DNA of 64,000 nt from Chitinophagaceae bacterium. Its GTDB lineage: Bacteria > Bacteroidota > Bacteroidia > Chitinophagales > Chitinophagaceae. Made by a program: the position numbers and the translations under genes. Shown one piece after another: positions 49,503 to 58,752 of this stretch (position 1 is its first letter; each line of letters begins with the position of its first letter). The stretch spans positions 232,023 through 296,022 of the forward strand of contig JBAOIB010000002.1 in assembly GCA_037045195.1 (NCBI GenBank), written 5' to 3'. The notes below the pieces were generated by a model. The model saw only the letters and a list, made by a program, of their open reading frames with translations, searched no databases and was not told the origin of the DNA.

Positions 49503-49901
49503 ATGCGACTATTCAAATTTTTTGCCATTGCATTATTTATTGTAGGCTCCGCTTTCACAACAGTTAATACCAATAAAGGTGACTGGTATTTTCTGGGCGA
49601 TAAAAATGTAGGTTTTGGTGTAGATCATGATGTTATCAATTTTGGAAACTGGAAAGATGATGTGCGCCAGATAAAAATTAAAGTAACCGATGGCCCTTTA
49701 AAAATGTATAAAATGAAAGTGCATTTTGATAACGGAAGTGTACAAGATGTTGAACTTAGAAACCGCTTTACACAGGGAAGCGAAAGCAGGGTAATTGATA
49801 TGAATGGTGGATTGAGGCATTTAACTAAAATTGAATTTTGGTACGAAACAAAGGGCTTCCTCCGCGGAAAATCAAGAGTAGCCGTATGGGGAAGAAACTA
49901 A
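49503..49901 (+). CDS. Hypothetical small exported protein
   Basis: The ATG at 49503 gives signal peptide MRLFKFFAIALFIVGSAFTT. ~130 aa beta-rich body. Followed by a terminator. Confidence 0.6.
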   Translation: MRLFKFFAIALFIVGSAFTTVNTNKGDWYFLGDKNVGFGVDHDVINFGNWKDDVRQIKIKVTDGPLKMYKMKVHFDNGSVQDVELRNRFTQGSESRVIDMNGGLRHLTKIEFWYETKGFLRGKSRVAVWGRN

Positions 49902-49920
49902 ATAAATATTGACTATTAAA

Positions 49921-49955
49921 AAAATGCCTCCATCATCGGGGGCATTTTTATTTTC
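49921..49955 (+). terminator. Rho-independent terminator
   Basis: AAAATGCCTCC-atcatc-GGGGGCATTTT followed by TATTTT. Confidence 0.7.
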
Positions 49956-49996
49956 TCATTTCTTTATTATTCATTCGTAATACCTTTACTGCCCTT

Positions 49997-50743
49997 ATGA
50001 CATCGCTACTCGAAAAAATTGATAAATCAAAACTGCCTCTCCATATTGCCATCATCATGGATGGAAATGGGCGCTGGGCTAAGGAAAAAGGTGAAGACAG
50101 ACTCTTTGGTCATCTACACGGTGTAGAAAGTGTAAGAAACATTGTTGAAGGTTGTGCCGAATTGGGTATTGGGTATCTTACACTTTATGCATTTAGTACC
50201 GAAAACTGGGACCGGCCCGAATATGAAGTAATCGGATTAATGGAACTATTGGTAAGCACTATTCGCAAAGAAGTAGAAACATTAAACAAGAACAATATCA
50301 GGCTTCATGTAATTGGCGATATGAGTATGCTGCCACAGTCGGCACGAGATGAATTAAATGAAGCACTGTCCATTACCGAAAAAAATAAAGGACTACAATT
50401 AATTATGGCCTTGAGCTATAGCGGCCGCTGGGAAATTTTGCAAATGGTAAAAAATATTGCAGCAGCCGTAGAACAAAAAAAACTTTCAGTAAACGAAATT
50501 TCCCAGGGAACCATACAACAATTTCTTTGCACCAACTCCTTCCCCGATCCTGAACTGATGATAAGAACCAGCGGCGAATTTAGAATCAGCAATTTCCTGC
50601 TTTATCAGCTTGCCTATGCCGAATTGCACTTTACTCCCATAAGATGGCCCGACTTCAGAAAAGAAAATCTTTATGAAGCCATTTTAGACTATCAGAACAG
50701 GGAAAGAAGATTTGGGAAAACCAGCGAACAGATAACTAATTGA
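49997..50743 (+). CDS. uppS: Undecaprenyl-diphosphate synthase (isoprenyl transferase)
   Basis: HIAIIMDGNGRWA and RTSGEFRISNFLLYQLAYAEL motifs. Confidence 0.93.
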   Translation: MTSLLEKIDKSKLPLHIAIIMDGNGRWAKEKGEDRLFGHLHGVESVRNIVEGCAELGIGYLTLYAFSTENWDRPEYEVIGLMELLVSTIRKEVETLNKNNIRLHVIGDMSMLPQSARDELNEALSITEKNKGLQLIMALSYSGRWEILQMVKNIAAAVEQKKLSVNEISQGTIQQFLCTNSFPDPELMIRTSGEFRISNFLLYQLAYAELHFTPIRWPDFRKENLYEAILDYQNRERRFGKTSEQITN

Positions 50744-50986
50744 TAATCAATTATTAACATTAATTTTCTTTTAAATCTATCAATTTTTATATGAAGAATT
50801 GATATGGTTGTTTCTGCTAACCTTTTTCAGTCTGAGTACAAATTTGACATTCAATCCTTTTCTTTAACAAAGACTTCAATTTTTTACCGTTATTTTGCCG
50901 CCTCAATCTGGGAAAAAGGCCTGTAAAACAATGCCTCATAACTGCCGGATGAGAATATTTTTCAGCTGAATTTGAATCTTGCTTTT

Positions 50987-53725
50987 ATGCAAAAAACTTT
51001 ACAAAGGCTTTCTGTTATCCTGTTGACTTCAGTTTTTTCAACTGCTGCTTTTTCCCAACAATCTGATACACTCCAGCCCACATCTCTTGATCCTAAATTA
51101 ATTGAATATCGTAATGCCCGTATTCCAAAAGAATATGTAATTGCTGGTATTGAGGTGTCGGGAATCAAACATTTGGACACTTCTATTGTTGCTTCGATCT
51201 CCGGATTATTGCCAGGAGATAAATATATGCATCCCGGCGAAGACATTTTTGCAAAAGCCATTACTGCACTTTGGAAACAAAGACTTTTTTCAAATGTTCA
51301 GGTATATGTTACCAAAATAGAAGATAATAAAGTATGGGTAGAGTTGAATGTTCAGGAAAGAGCAAAACTGGGCGATTTTAAATTTTATGGCATTAACAAG
51401 TCTGAAGAAGAGGATATTATGGCCAAAGTAAATCTGGCCAAACAGACAATTGTAACTGAAAACACCATTCGTGAAACCAAAGAACGCATCAGTAAATTTT
51501 TTAGTGATAAAGGGTACCTGAATATAAGTGTGGATATTCAACAAAAACCGGATACTACTTTCTCCAACTCAGTTGCAATGGATATATATATCAAGAAAGG
51601 GCAGAAAGTTCATATTGATGGTATCCATTTTTATGGCAACGAAAATGTAGATGGATGGCGTTTGAAAAAACAAATGAAAGGCACAAAGGAAATGAGTCGC
51701 ATTACGCTGCATCCTGATCAGCGACTAAAGCCCAGCCCATTTGGTTCAGAAAAAGCATATTCATTTAAAGAATATATAAAAGACTGGGGTTTTTTGACTA
51801 TCAGTAAAACAAAAAGAATAGTTGATCCCTATTTCCGATTCAAACTTAGTGGCAGCAAATTAGATCCTAAGAAATTTGAAGAAGACAGAGAAAAGTTGAT
51901 TGATTATTATAACTCACTCGGCTTTCGTGATGCTCAAATAACAGATACGGCCATGAGTTTAACTCAAAAGGGAAATCTGAATCTGGATTTTAAAATTGAA
52001 GAAGGAAGAAAATATTATTTTGGAAATATTACATGGAAAGGAAATTCAAAATATTCCGACTCACTGCTCACCGCATGGTTGGGTATAAATAAGGGCGACA
52101 CTTATAACCTGGGCATCCTCAATAAAAAATTAGGTAAAGAAGCCAGCCAGGAAGGAGGCGATATCAGCAGCCAGTATATGGATGATGGTTATTTGTTCTT
52201 TAGAGTGGAGCCAGTAGAAACTGCTGTTTACAACGATACAATAGATCATGAAATAAGAATAACTGAAGGACCACAGGCAAGAATTAAGAATGTAACCATT
52301 GCCGGTAATGATAAAACAAAAGACCATGTAATTCGTCGTGAGTTAAGAACAGTGCCTGGAGATTTATTCAGCCGTTCCGAAATCACCCGTTCTATACGTG
52401 AGTTGGCCAATCTTCAATTTTTCAATCAGGAAAAAATAGAACCCGGCGTAGTACCCAATGCTGATGATGGCACGGTGGATATCAATTGGAAGCTGGAAGA
52501 AAAATCTTCTGACCAGTTAGAGCTATCTGCTGGCTGGGGTGGAGGTATTGGCCTTACTGGTACACTTGGCGTTACCTTCAACAATTTCTCAATAAGAAAT
52601 ATCTGGAAAAAATCGGCATGGGATCCACTACCAATGGGCGACGGCCAAAAATTAAGTTTGCGTGTTCAATCTAGCGGTAAAGCATATCAATCTTATAGCT
52701 TCTCCTTTACCGAGCCCTGGCTGGGTGGAAAGAAAAGGAACTCTTTATCATTTTCGCTCAACAAGAGTAATTATAAAAACGGACGGTACGACCCCATTAC
52801 GGGTAAATATGAATTTGATGCCAATACTTCTTTAAAAACATTTGGAGCCGGTATTTCTTTAGGAAAACAATTAAAGTGGCCTGATGATTATTTCAGTTTA
52901 GTCTATACTTTGAACTACACTCAGTATAAGAGAAAAAATTATAACATTTTCCCTGGTGCTGCCGCTACTGGTAATTCAAATAACCTGAGTTTGAAAATAG
53001 CAATACAACGTTCCTCAGTATTTAATCCTATTTATCCAACCAGTGGATCCAATTTTGTAGCAAGCGTACAGCTTACGCCTCCTTATTCATTGCTGAAAAA
53101 AGATATAGTAAATTCTGACGACCCTTATAAAAATCCTGAATATCATAAATGGAAATTTAATGCAGAATGGTATGTACCAATAGGCAAAGCATTAGGCGCA
53201 GAAAAAAACAGACAGTTTGTTTTGAAATTGGCTGCCAAATTTGGCTTTATGGGACGATATAATGGTAAACTGGATTTCTCACCCTTCGAGCGTTTTCAAG
53301 TAGGTGATGCCGGCCTTACCAACAATTTCGGATTATTGGGATATGATATAGTAGCACACCGAGGTTATCCTATTTATCAGTCATCTAATCCTACTTTAAA
53401 TCCTGATGTACAAAGCCAGGCCAATCAATTCTTTACCATATTTAATAAATATACACTGGAAGCACGTTTCCCTGTAGTTACCAATCCCAGTAGTACCATT
53501 TATGCACTTACATTTTTTGAAGCAGCAAATGGATGGTATAACTATAAAGATTACAACCCCTTCCGCCTTCGCAGAAGTGTGGGTGTAGGTATGCGTTTCT
53601 TCCTTCCCATGTTTGGATTGCTTGGTTTTGACTATGGCATAGGACTTGACAGGCTAACACCGGGACAAAGCGGATTAAAAGGTGCTTCACGTTTTACGTT
53701 CATGCTTGGATTTGAGCCTGAATAA
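50987..53725 (+). CDS. bamA: Outer membrane protein assembly factor BamA
   Basis: The ATG at 50987 gives signal peptide MQKTLQRLSVILLTSVFSTAAFSQ. Multiple POTRA repeats, a C-terminal Omp85 barrel, and a terminal ...FTFMLGFEPE. Followed by two ompH genes. Confidence 0.9.
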   Translation: MQKTLQRLSVILLTSVFSTAAFSQQSDTLQPTSLDPKLIEYRNARIPKEYVIAGIEVSGIKHLDTSIVASISGLLPGDKYMHPGEDIFAKAITALWKQRLFSNVQVYVTKIEDNKVWVELNVQERAKLGDFKFYGINKSEEEDIMAKVNLAKQTIVTENTIRETKERISKFFSDKGYLNISVDIQQKPDTTFSNSVAMDIYIKKGQKVHIDGIHFYGNENVDGWRLKKQMKGTKEMSRITLHPDQRLKPSPFGSEKAYSFKEYIKDWGFLTISKTKRIVDPYFRFKLSGSKLDPKKFEEDREKLIDYYNSLGFRDAQITDTAMSLTQKGNLNLDFKIEEGRKYYFGNITWKGNSKYSDSLLTAWLGINKGDTYNLGILNKKLGKEASQEGGDISSQYMDDGYLFFRVEPVETAVYNDTIDHEIRITEGPQARIKNVTIAGNDKTKDHVIRRELRTVPGDLFSRSEITRSIRELANLQFFNQEKIEPGVVPNADDGTVDINWKLEEKSSDQLELSAGWGGGIGLTGTLGVTFNNFSIRNIWKKSAWDPLPMGDGQKLSLRVQSSGKAYQSYSFSFTEPWLGGKKRNSLSFSLNKSNYKNGRYDPITGKYEFDANTSLKTFGAGISLGKQLKWPDDYFSLVYTLNYTQYKRKNYNIFPGAAATGNSNNLSLKIAIQRSSVFNPIYPTSGSNFVASVQLTPPYSLLKKDIVNSDDPYKNPEYHKWKFNAEWYVPIGKALGAEKNRQFVLKLAAKFGFMGRYNGKLDFSPFERFQVGDAGLTNNFGLLGYDIVAHRGYPIYQSSNPTLNPDVQSQANQFFTIFNKYTLEARFPVVTNPSSTIYALTFFEAANGWYNYKDYNPFRLRRSVGVGMRFFLPMFGLLGFDYGIGLDRLTPGQSGLKGASRFTFMLGFEPE

Positions 53726-53751
53726 CATTCACACACATTAAAACCATAGAT

Positions 53752-54261
53752 ATGAAAAAAATATTTCTTCTTGCCTTTATTTTATCTTTTGCAACCGTTG
53801 GGTTTTCGCAGAAGTATGCTGTTATAGATACAAGGTATATTTTGGATAAAATGCCAGAATATAATTTGGCTCAGCATCGCTTGGATAGTATTGCCGCCGG
53901 ATGGCAAAAGGATATTGATAATAAACAGTCCGAGCTGGATAACATGTATAAAGCCTATGATGCTGAACAGGTAATGCTGAGTGAGGAGTTAAAGAAAAAA
54001 AGAGAAGATCAGCTTTTTAATAAAGAAAAAGAACTTCGTGATTTACAACGCAAACGCTTTGGTTTTGAAGGCGATTTGTTTAAGAAAAGACAGGAGCTGG
54101 TAAAGCCTGTACAGGATAAAGTATATAATGCAGTACAACGTATGGCAGTAAATAGAGGCTATGATTTTGTGCTTGATAAAAGTGAAGGGATTACCATTAT
54201 ATTTGCCGACCCTAAACTGGATAAAAGCGAAGATGTATTGCGTGAATTGGGAGTAAAATAA
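53752..54261 (+). CDS. OmpH/Skp-family periplasmic chaperone
   Basis: Signal peptide plus a coiled-coil-rich ~170 aa protein, immediately downstream of bamA. Confidence 0.8.
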   Translation: MKKIFLLAFILSFATVGFSQKYAVIDTRYILDKMPEYNLAQHRLDSIAAGWQKDIDNKQSELDNMYKAYDAEQVMLSEELKKKREDQLFNKEKELRDLQRKRFGFEGDLFKKRQELVKPVQDKVYNAVQRMAVNRGYDFVLDKSEGITIIFADPKLDKSEDVLRELGVK

Positions 54262-54369
54262 TGAAGCTGTTAAAAAAATTGTAAGTAAGCAACCAAATAT
54301 TTTTTTAAACTATCTATACAAAAATTAAAACCCGCATAAAGCGGACTAAGAAAATCAAAAAGAATTATC

Positions 54370-54942
54370 ATGAAAAAATTGCATGTACTCATTATGGCAC
54401 TTGGATTAATAGCTACAACAGGTGCATCTGCGCAAACTAAAATTGCTTATGTTCGTATTGATGATATTGTAAGCGTAATGCCTGAGTTGGCACCAGAAAA
54501 GGTAGATATGGATACTATTGGTGCAAAGTTTATCCAGGATTCCATTATGCCCAGTATAAATTATAAGCAAGAACAATACAATCAAAAAATTAAGGCGTAT
54601 TCAGATACTACTAATAAACTTTCTGATCAGGTTAAAAAACTGATGTTGAAAGAAATTCAGGATTTGCAAACAGAACTGGGTGGGGTAGATCAATATTTAC
54701 AACAGGTGCAGCAATCAAAGCAGCAGGAGTTTTTGAGACCCTACTATGCCAAAGCAAAAAAGGCAATTGAACAAGTTGCTAAAGAAAAAGCTTACACACA
54801 TGTGATGAATACAGATGTGTTTCTGGTGGCACCGGAAGCAGATGATATCTCGTTTCTGGTTCTGACAAAATTGGGTATTAAACTGCCGCAGCAGGAAAAA
54901 CCTACAGCTACAAAGCCAGCGACTAAAACAAACGGTAATTAA
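54370..54942 (+). CDS. OmpH/Skp-family periplasmic chaperone (second copy)
   Basis: Signal peptide MKKLHVLIMALGLIATTGASAQ and a coiled-coil body. Paralogue pair typical of Bacteroidota. Confidence 0.75.
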   Translation: MKKLHVLIMALGLIATTGASAQTKIAYVRIDDIVSVMPELAPEKVDMDTIGAKFIQDSIMPSINYKQEQYNQKIKAYSDTTNKLSDQVKKLMLKEIQDLQTELGGVDQYLQQVQQSKQQEFLRPYYAKAKKAIEQVAKEKAYTHVMNTDVFLVAPEADDISFLVLTKLGIKLPQQEKPTATKPATKTNGN

Positions 54943-54960
54943 TTAATTTTTTTTCAAATA

Positions 54961-55000
54961 GCATCCCGCACAGATAAAACTGTGCGGGATGCTTATTTTT
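54961..55000 (+). terminator. Rho-independent terminator
   Basis: GCATCCCGCACAG-ataaaa-CTGTGCGGGATGC followed by TTATTTTT. Confidence 0.8.
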
Positions 55001-55004
55001 GTAC

Positions 55005-55841
55005 ATGCCTGCGCCCAACCCCATTGGTGTTTTTGATTCCGGCCTTGGTGGCCTTACTGTTTTAAAAGAGCTGGAGAGTAAGCTACCACAATACGATTAT
55101 ATTTATCTGGGCGATAATGCAAGAGCTCCTTATGGCAATCGTTCTTTTGACACAGTTTATCACTATACATTACAATGTGTAAAATGGTTTTTTGCAAAGG
55201 GATGTAAATTAGTAATACTTGCCTGCAATACAGCTTCCGCAAAAGCTTTGCGAACGATTCAACAAAACGATTTGCCCAAACTGACACCAGATCATAGAGT
55301 TTTAGGAGTAATAAGACCCACAGCAGAAATTATTGGAAGTTTTTCTGAAACCAAAGAAGTGGGAGTGCTCGCCACCCATGGCACAGTAGTTTCTGAATCT
55401 TATCCAATGGAGATTGCAAAATTTTTTCCCAATCTAAAGGTGTTTCAGGAAGCATGTTCCATGTGGGTTCCGCTAATAGAAAATAATGAACATCTTAATT
55501 ATGGTGCCGATTATTTTGTAAAAAAACATATTCAAAACATTTTTGAAAAGGGTGAAAACATTGATGTTATTTTACTCGGCTGTACACATTACCCTTTGCT
55601 TCGCGAAAAAATTGAGGAATACCTGCCAGTAACAGTAAAACTGATTTCTCAAGGAGAAATAGTAGCAGATAGCCTTGCTGATTATCTAAACCGTCATCCA
55701 GAAATAGAAAAACTTTGCAGTAAGAATGGGAAACGAGTGTTTTACACTACTGATTCATCAGAAAATTTTGATCTACACGCAAAAGTTTTTTATGGGACTG
55801 AAATACATTCAAAACACGTTGATTTAGAAAAAGATAACTAG
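55005..55841 (+). CDS. murI: Glutamate racemase
   Basis: VFDSGLGGLTV, LACNTAS and LGCTHYP motifs. First ATG at 55005. Confidence 0.92.
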   Translation: MPAPNPIGVFDSGLGGLTVLKELESKLPQYDYIYLGDNARAPYGNRSFDTVYHYTLQCVKWFFAKGCKLVILACNTASAKALRTIQQNDLPKLTPDHRVLGVIRPTAEIIGSFSETKEVGVLATHGTVVSESYPMEIAKFFPNLKVFQEACSMWVPLIENNEHLNYGADYFVKKHIQNIFEKGENIDVILLGCTHYPLLREKIEEYLPVTVKLISQGEIVADSLADYLNRHPEIEKLCSKNGKRVFYTTDSSENFDLHAKVFYGTEIHSKHVDLEKDN

Positions 55842-56049
55842 ATATTTATCGCTATTATTCGGCATTAGACTCATTATTTTCTTTAAAATAAGCCGCTTTC
55901 GTAAAGCTTCAATCCCTTACCTTTGCCGTCCTTTCACAAGCCCTTGCAGATGTGGTGATCTGTGGGTAAACTGAAACCCGGGTTGTTCTCCCAACCCTAT
56001 TTAAAAAAATGAATTCCAAAGATTATTTTTTGGAAAAAATTGAAAAAAA

Positions 56050-56205
56050 ATGAAACGTACATTTCAACCTCATCGTAAGCGTCGTAAAACCGTTCATGGT
56101 TTTCGTAAGCGTATGGAAACTGCAAACGGTCGTAAAGTATTGGCAAGCCGCCGTGCAAAAGGTCGTCAAAAGTTGACCGTATCGGATGAGTCAAAACTTA
56201 AATAA
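56050..56205 (+). CDS. rpmH: 50S ribosomal protein L34
   Basis: Not in the ORF track because it is under 60 aa. Translates to [51 protein letters not shown]. Confidence 0.93.
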   Translation: MKRTFQPHRKRRKTVHGFRKRMETANGRKVLASRRAKGRQKLTVSDESKLK

Positions 56206-56235
56206 TTTCATTCAATAAGAATGAATCACCAATTT

Positions 56236-56263
56236 GGTCCCGGCATTTGTCGGGACTTTTTTT
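56236..56263 (+). terminator. Rho-independent terminator after rpmH
   Basis: GGTCCCG-gcatttgt-CGGGAC followed by T7. Confidence 0.7.
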
Positions 56264-56283
56264 GTTTATTACACAAAAAATCA

Positions 56284-57315
56284 TCAAGACAAACCAAGTT
56301 GACGGTATCTATCCGCTATCAGCGAAGCAAACTTTTCTTTGTTTTCTTTACTTACAAAACTTTTATCCAATACCTCCAGCATGGGCTGTTTACAATAATA
56401 AAAGAGCTCCAAAGTATTATCTAAAATTTTTTTTGAAAGCCCACAACGCTCAAAGGCAACTAAAAAATCATCGTATTTTATTTTTCTTTTTTTTGCATTA
56501 AGCGTCAATGCCAATTCTTCAGTATCAGATGGGTTTACCAAAACTGTAGGCACCAAATCATAAGCCGGAGCCAGCATCATACCTTCTCCTTCTTTTTCTA
56601 GTAAGGAAAAGTTTTTCAAATGCATATCAGCATTGCCGGTAAAAAAACTAAAAAGTACCTGCTCATAAAAATTGCTGACATCCAGCACGGGCGATGTTGA
56701 ATATTTCAATATCAGTCTGGCAACCTGCTCGTAGCTTCCTTTGTATTTATCTTCCGTTAGTCTTTCGCTTAGCTGGCACATGTCTTCCATTCGCAATTTT
56801 CCTTTTCGGGTTCTATCTACCCTTTTGGTTATGTAGCATAGTGTGCCATCTTGCAAATACACTAAACTGTGCGGCACTGTTTTTATTCCACAAGCATGTG
56901 CCAGGTGCATGGTTACACTTTCCAATTCGGGCAACTCATTGTAATAAGCTGATGGAGGTTTGAGTATGTAATCTCCATAAAGACCTACTATCGTTAACTT
57001 CTTGGTTAAATTTTTGTCTTCTTTTCTAAACAAACTCAATGATATTTTAGCTTGCACACCGGTTACTGCCATTTGGCTTTGTATTACTTGTGTGGCCAGT
57101 TCATTTAAATTGTTCAGGCTGTAGCCAAGCTGTGGCGTTTTTAATTGTCCGTAGAATCTTTTATTACAGGCCTGATGTAAATGCGTATCCGGCTCGTGAA
57201 GCGGTTCGTAGCAATGCAAACACCTTTTGCCATAAAAAGAAGTTTGTTCTGCAACTTTATTTACCGCTACATTTTTATTTTTAAGATATGTTTTTTTATA
57301 GTTCTTCATTTTCAA
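56284..57315 (-). CDS. HipA-family Ser/Thr kinase toxin lacking the HipA N-subdomain-1 (HipT-like)
   Basis: VTGVQAKISLS (P-loop-type GxQxK), GNADMHLKNFSLL (catalytic GN.D.H.KN) and LAPAYDLVPT motifs. 343 aa. N-terminal CLHCYEPL...HLHQACNKRFYG Cys/His motif. Confidence 0.85.
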   Translation of the reverse strand: MKMKNYKKTYLKNKNVAVNKVAEQTSFYGKRCLHCYEPLHEPDTHLHQACNKRFYGQLKTPQLGYSLNNLNELATQVIQSQMAVTGVQAKISLSLFRKEDKNLTKKLTIVGLYGDYILKPPSAYYNELPELESVTMHLAHACGIKTVPHSLVYLQDGTLCYITKRVDRTRKGKLRMEDMCQLSERLTEDKYKGSYEQVARLILKYSTSPVLDVSNFYEQVLFSFFTGNADMHLKNFSLLEKEGEGMMLAPAYDLVPTVLVNPSDTEELALTLNAKKRKIKYDDFLVAFERCGLSKKILDNTLELFYYCKQPMLEVLDKSFVSKENKEKFASLIADRYRQLGLS

Positions 57316-57628
57316 TTACACTTACAGCGCCAATACAATCTTTGCAGCAGGTGAGCAATAATCCCATCCTGTCTTTCTGATTTATTTTCCAGTTCTTTTC
57401 TGCGATATCTAACAACCATCCTTCTGGTATCAAACCATCAAAAAAGGCAAACAAGGTTTTGTTTTGAAAAATATTTTCTGTTAATGGTAAAGTTTCGCTT
57501 ATAGGAGTGGCTCCTTTTGATTGCAGAAATTCTTTTTGATAACTAAAAAAATATCCATCATCAGTTTCACTCACTATGCCACAAAAATTATTTTTAAAAT
57601 ATACTTTACCGCTTCGTTGCATCTTCAA
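57296..57628 (-). CDS. Stand-alone HipA N-terminal (Couple_hipA) domain protein (HipS-like)
   Basis: PISETLPLTE...LFAFFDGLIPEGWLL...DRMGLLLTCCKDCIGAVSV matches the HipA N-terminal subdomain pattern (..S..LPL....FF.GLLPEG ... G.D..GAV). 110 aa. Overlaps both neighbouring genes. Confidence 0.8.
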   Translation of the reverse strand: MKMQRSGKVYFKNNFCGIVSETDDGYFFSYQKEFLQSKGATPISETLPLTENIFQNKTLFAFFDGLIPEGWLLDIAEKNWKINQKDRMGLLLTCCKDCIGAVSVIENEEL

Positions 57629-57833
57629 TTAATTTTTCTCTGTCAATAGATACGGGTCCCAGCATTTCTCCAAATAGTCTGAGTACATCATTTACTTTAT
57701 CCATGCGCAAGGTGGTTTTGCCCTGCTCCATATCTCTAATAAACCGCAAGCCTACTCCGGCTTTTATCGCAAGCTCGGGCTGTGTTAGCTTATGCAGTTT
57801 TCTTTTTGCTTTTATATATTTTCCAAGGCTCAT
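57606..57833 (-). CDS. XRE-family helix-turn-helix protein (HipB-like)
   Basis: YIKAKRKLHKLTQPELAIKAGVGLRFIRDMEQGKTTLRMDKVNDVLRLFG. 75 aa. First gene of the three-gene module. Confidence 0.85.
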   Translation of the reverse strand: MSLGKYIKAKRKLHKLTQPELAIKAGVGLRFIRDMEQGKTTLRMDKVNDVLRLFGEMLGPVSIDREKLIEDATKR

Positions 57834-57839
57834 TCTTAA

Positions 57840-57935
57840 AATTTTATACCCTATCTATTACGAATATACAAAAATATTGATATTTTATACCCAATAAAGT
57901 ATAAATTTTAATTTTTTTTAAATATTATACCCGAT
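57840..57935. promoter_or_regulatory. Three phased direct repeats upstream of the HTH gene, candidate operator array
   Basis: ATTTTATACCCTATC (57840-57854), ATTTTATACCCAATA (57881-57895) and ATATTATACCCGATA (57921-57935). Spacing is 41 and 40 nt. The first copy starts 7 nt from the HTH start codon. Confidence 0.5.
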
Positions 57936-58087
57936 AGGATTTAATAATGAATATATTATTTCAATTTTGTTTAAAAATAGCCTCACTTTTTTCAAAGTTG
58001 GCTTTGTTATAATCTCATTTCTATTAATATTAAGCAGCCCGTTTATTTTGCTTTATTTCTTCATTTGTTCCTGGTTATTTTTGCTAG

Positions 58088-58474
58088 GTGCCAGTTCCAT
58101 TTACATTAGGAAAAAATGAAAGACTTAAAAGCCGAAAACTGATTGATAAGCTTTTCAAAGAAGGAAAACGAAGTACGGTTTCGCCATTTCGTATTCATTA
58201 TATTATTTCTAAAGATGCATTGGGTTATTTAAAATTTGGAGTGGGTGTCAGCAATAAAAATTTTAAACGGGCAGTGGATCGTAATCGTATTAAAAGGCTG
58301 ACTCGTGAAGCCTGGCGCTTGCAAAAGCAAGAGTTGAAGATAAAATGTGGTGAAACAGGTTCACTTTCTGTTTTTTTAATTTTTACCGGAAAAGATTTGC
58401 CCGACTTTCAACTAATAAAAGCAAGTGTACAAACCATAATTACTAAACTGATAAAAACAGTAGAAGCATATTGA
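58088..58474 (+). CDS. rnpA: Ribonuclease P protein component
   Basis: GTG start. [34 protein letters not shown]... and [13 protein letters not shown] motifs. The stop overlaps the yidD start. Confidence 0.88.
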   Translation: MPVPFTLGKNERLKSRKLIDKLFKEGKRSTVSPFRIHYIISKDALGYLKFGVGVSNKNFKRAVDRNRIKRLTREAWRLQKQELKIKCGETGSLSVFLIFTGKDLPDFQLIKASVQTIITKLIKTVEAY

Positions 58475-58701
58475 AAACACTTCTACGTATATTAAGTTTA
58501 CCATTCATCCTATTGATAAAAATTTATCAGTGGGTCATTTCTCCTTTAATGGGCCCCAAATGTCGTTTTACTCCCACCTGTTCACATTATGCGGCAGATG
58601 CATTAAAAAAGCATGGAGTAATAAAAGGAATGTGGCTTGCCATCAGACGCATCAGCCGATGCCATCCCTGGGGGGGCAGCGGTTACGACCCTGTGCCATA
58701 A
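58471..58701 (+). CDS. yidD: Membrane protein insertion efficiency factor YidD
   Basis: [31 protein letters not shown]...[18 protein letters not shown]. Confidence 0.92.
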   Translation: MKTLLRILSLPFILLIKIYQWVISPLMGPKCRFTPTCSHYAADALKKHGVIKGMWLAIRRISRCHPWGGSGYDPVP

Positions 58702-58752
58702 AAATATTCATTTGAAAAAAAGTATTATCTTAAACCATCTGAAATTTACACA

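Noticed and set aside
55890-56000. GC-richer block with three consecutive short hairpins (GGGTTG/CAACCC, CAGAT/ATCTG, GCTTT/AAAGC) between murI and rpmH, examined as a tRNA, riboswitch or r-protein leader
   Set aside because: There is no tRNA cloverleaf or T-loop consensus, and no riboswitch core motif that I recognise (TPP, cobalamin, glycine, c-di-GMP, SRP checked by eye). The stems are short, so this is left as unexplained rather than called.
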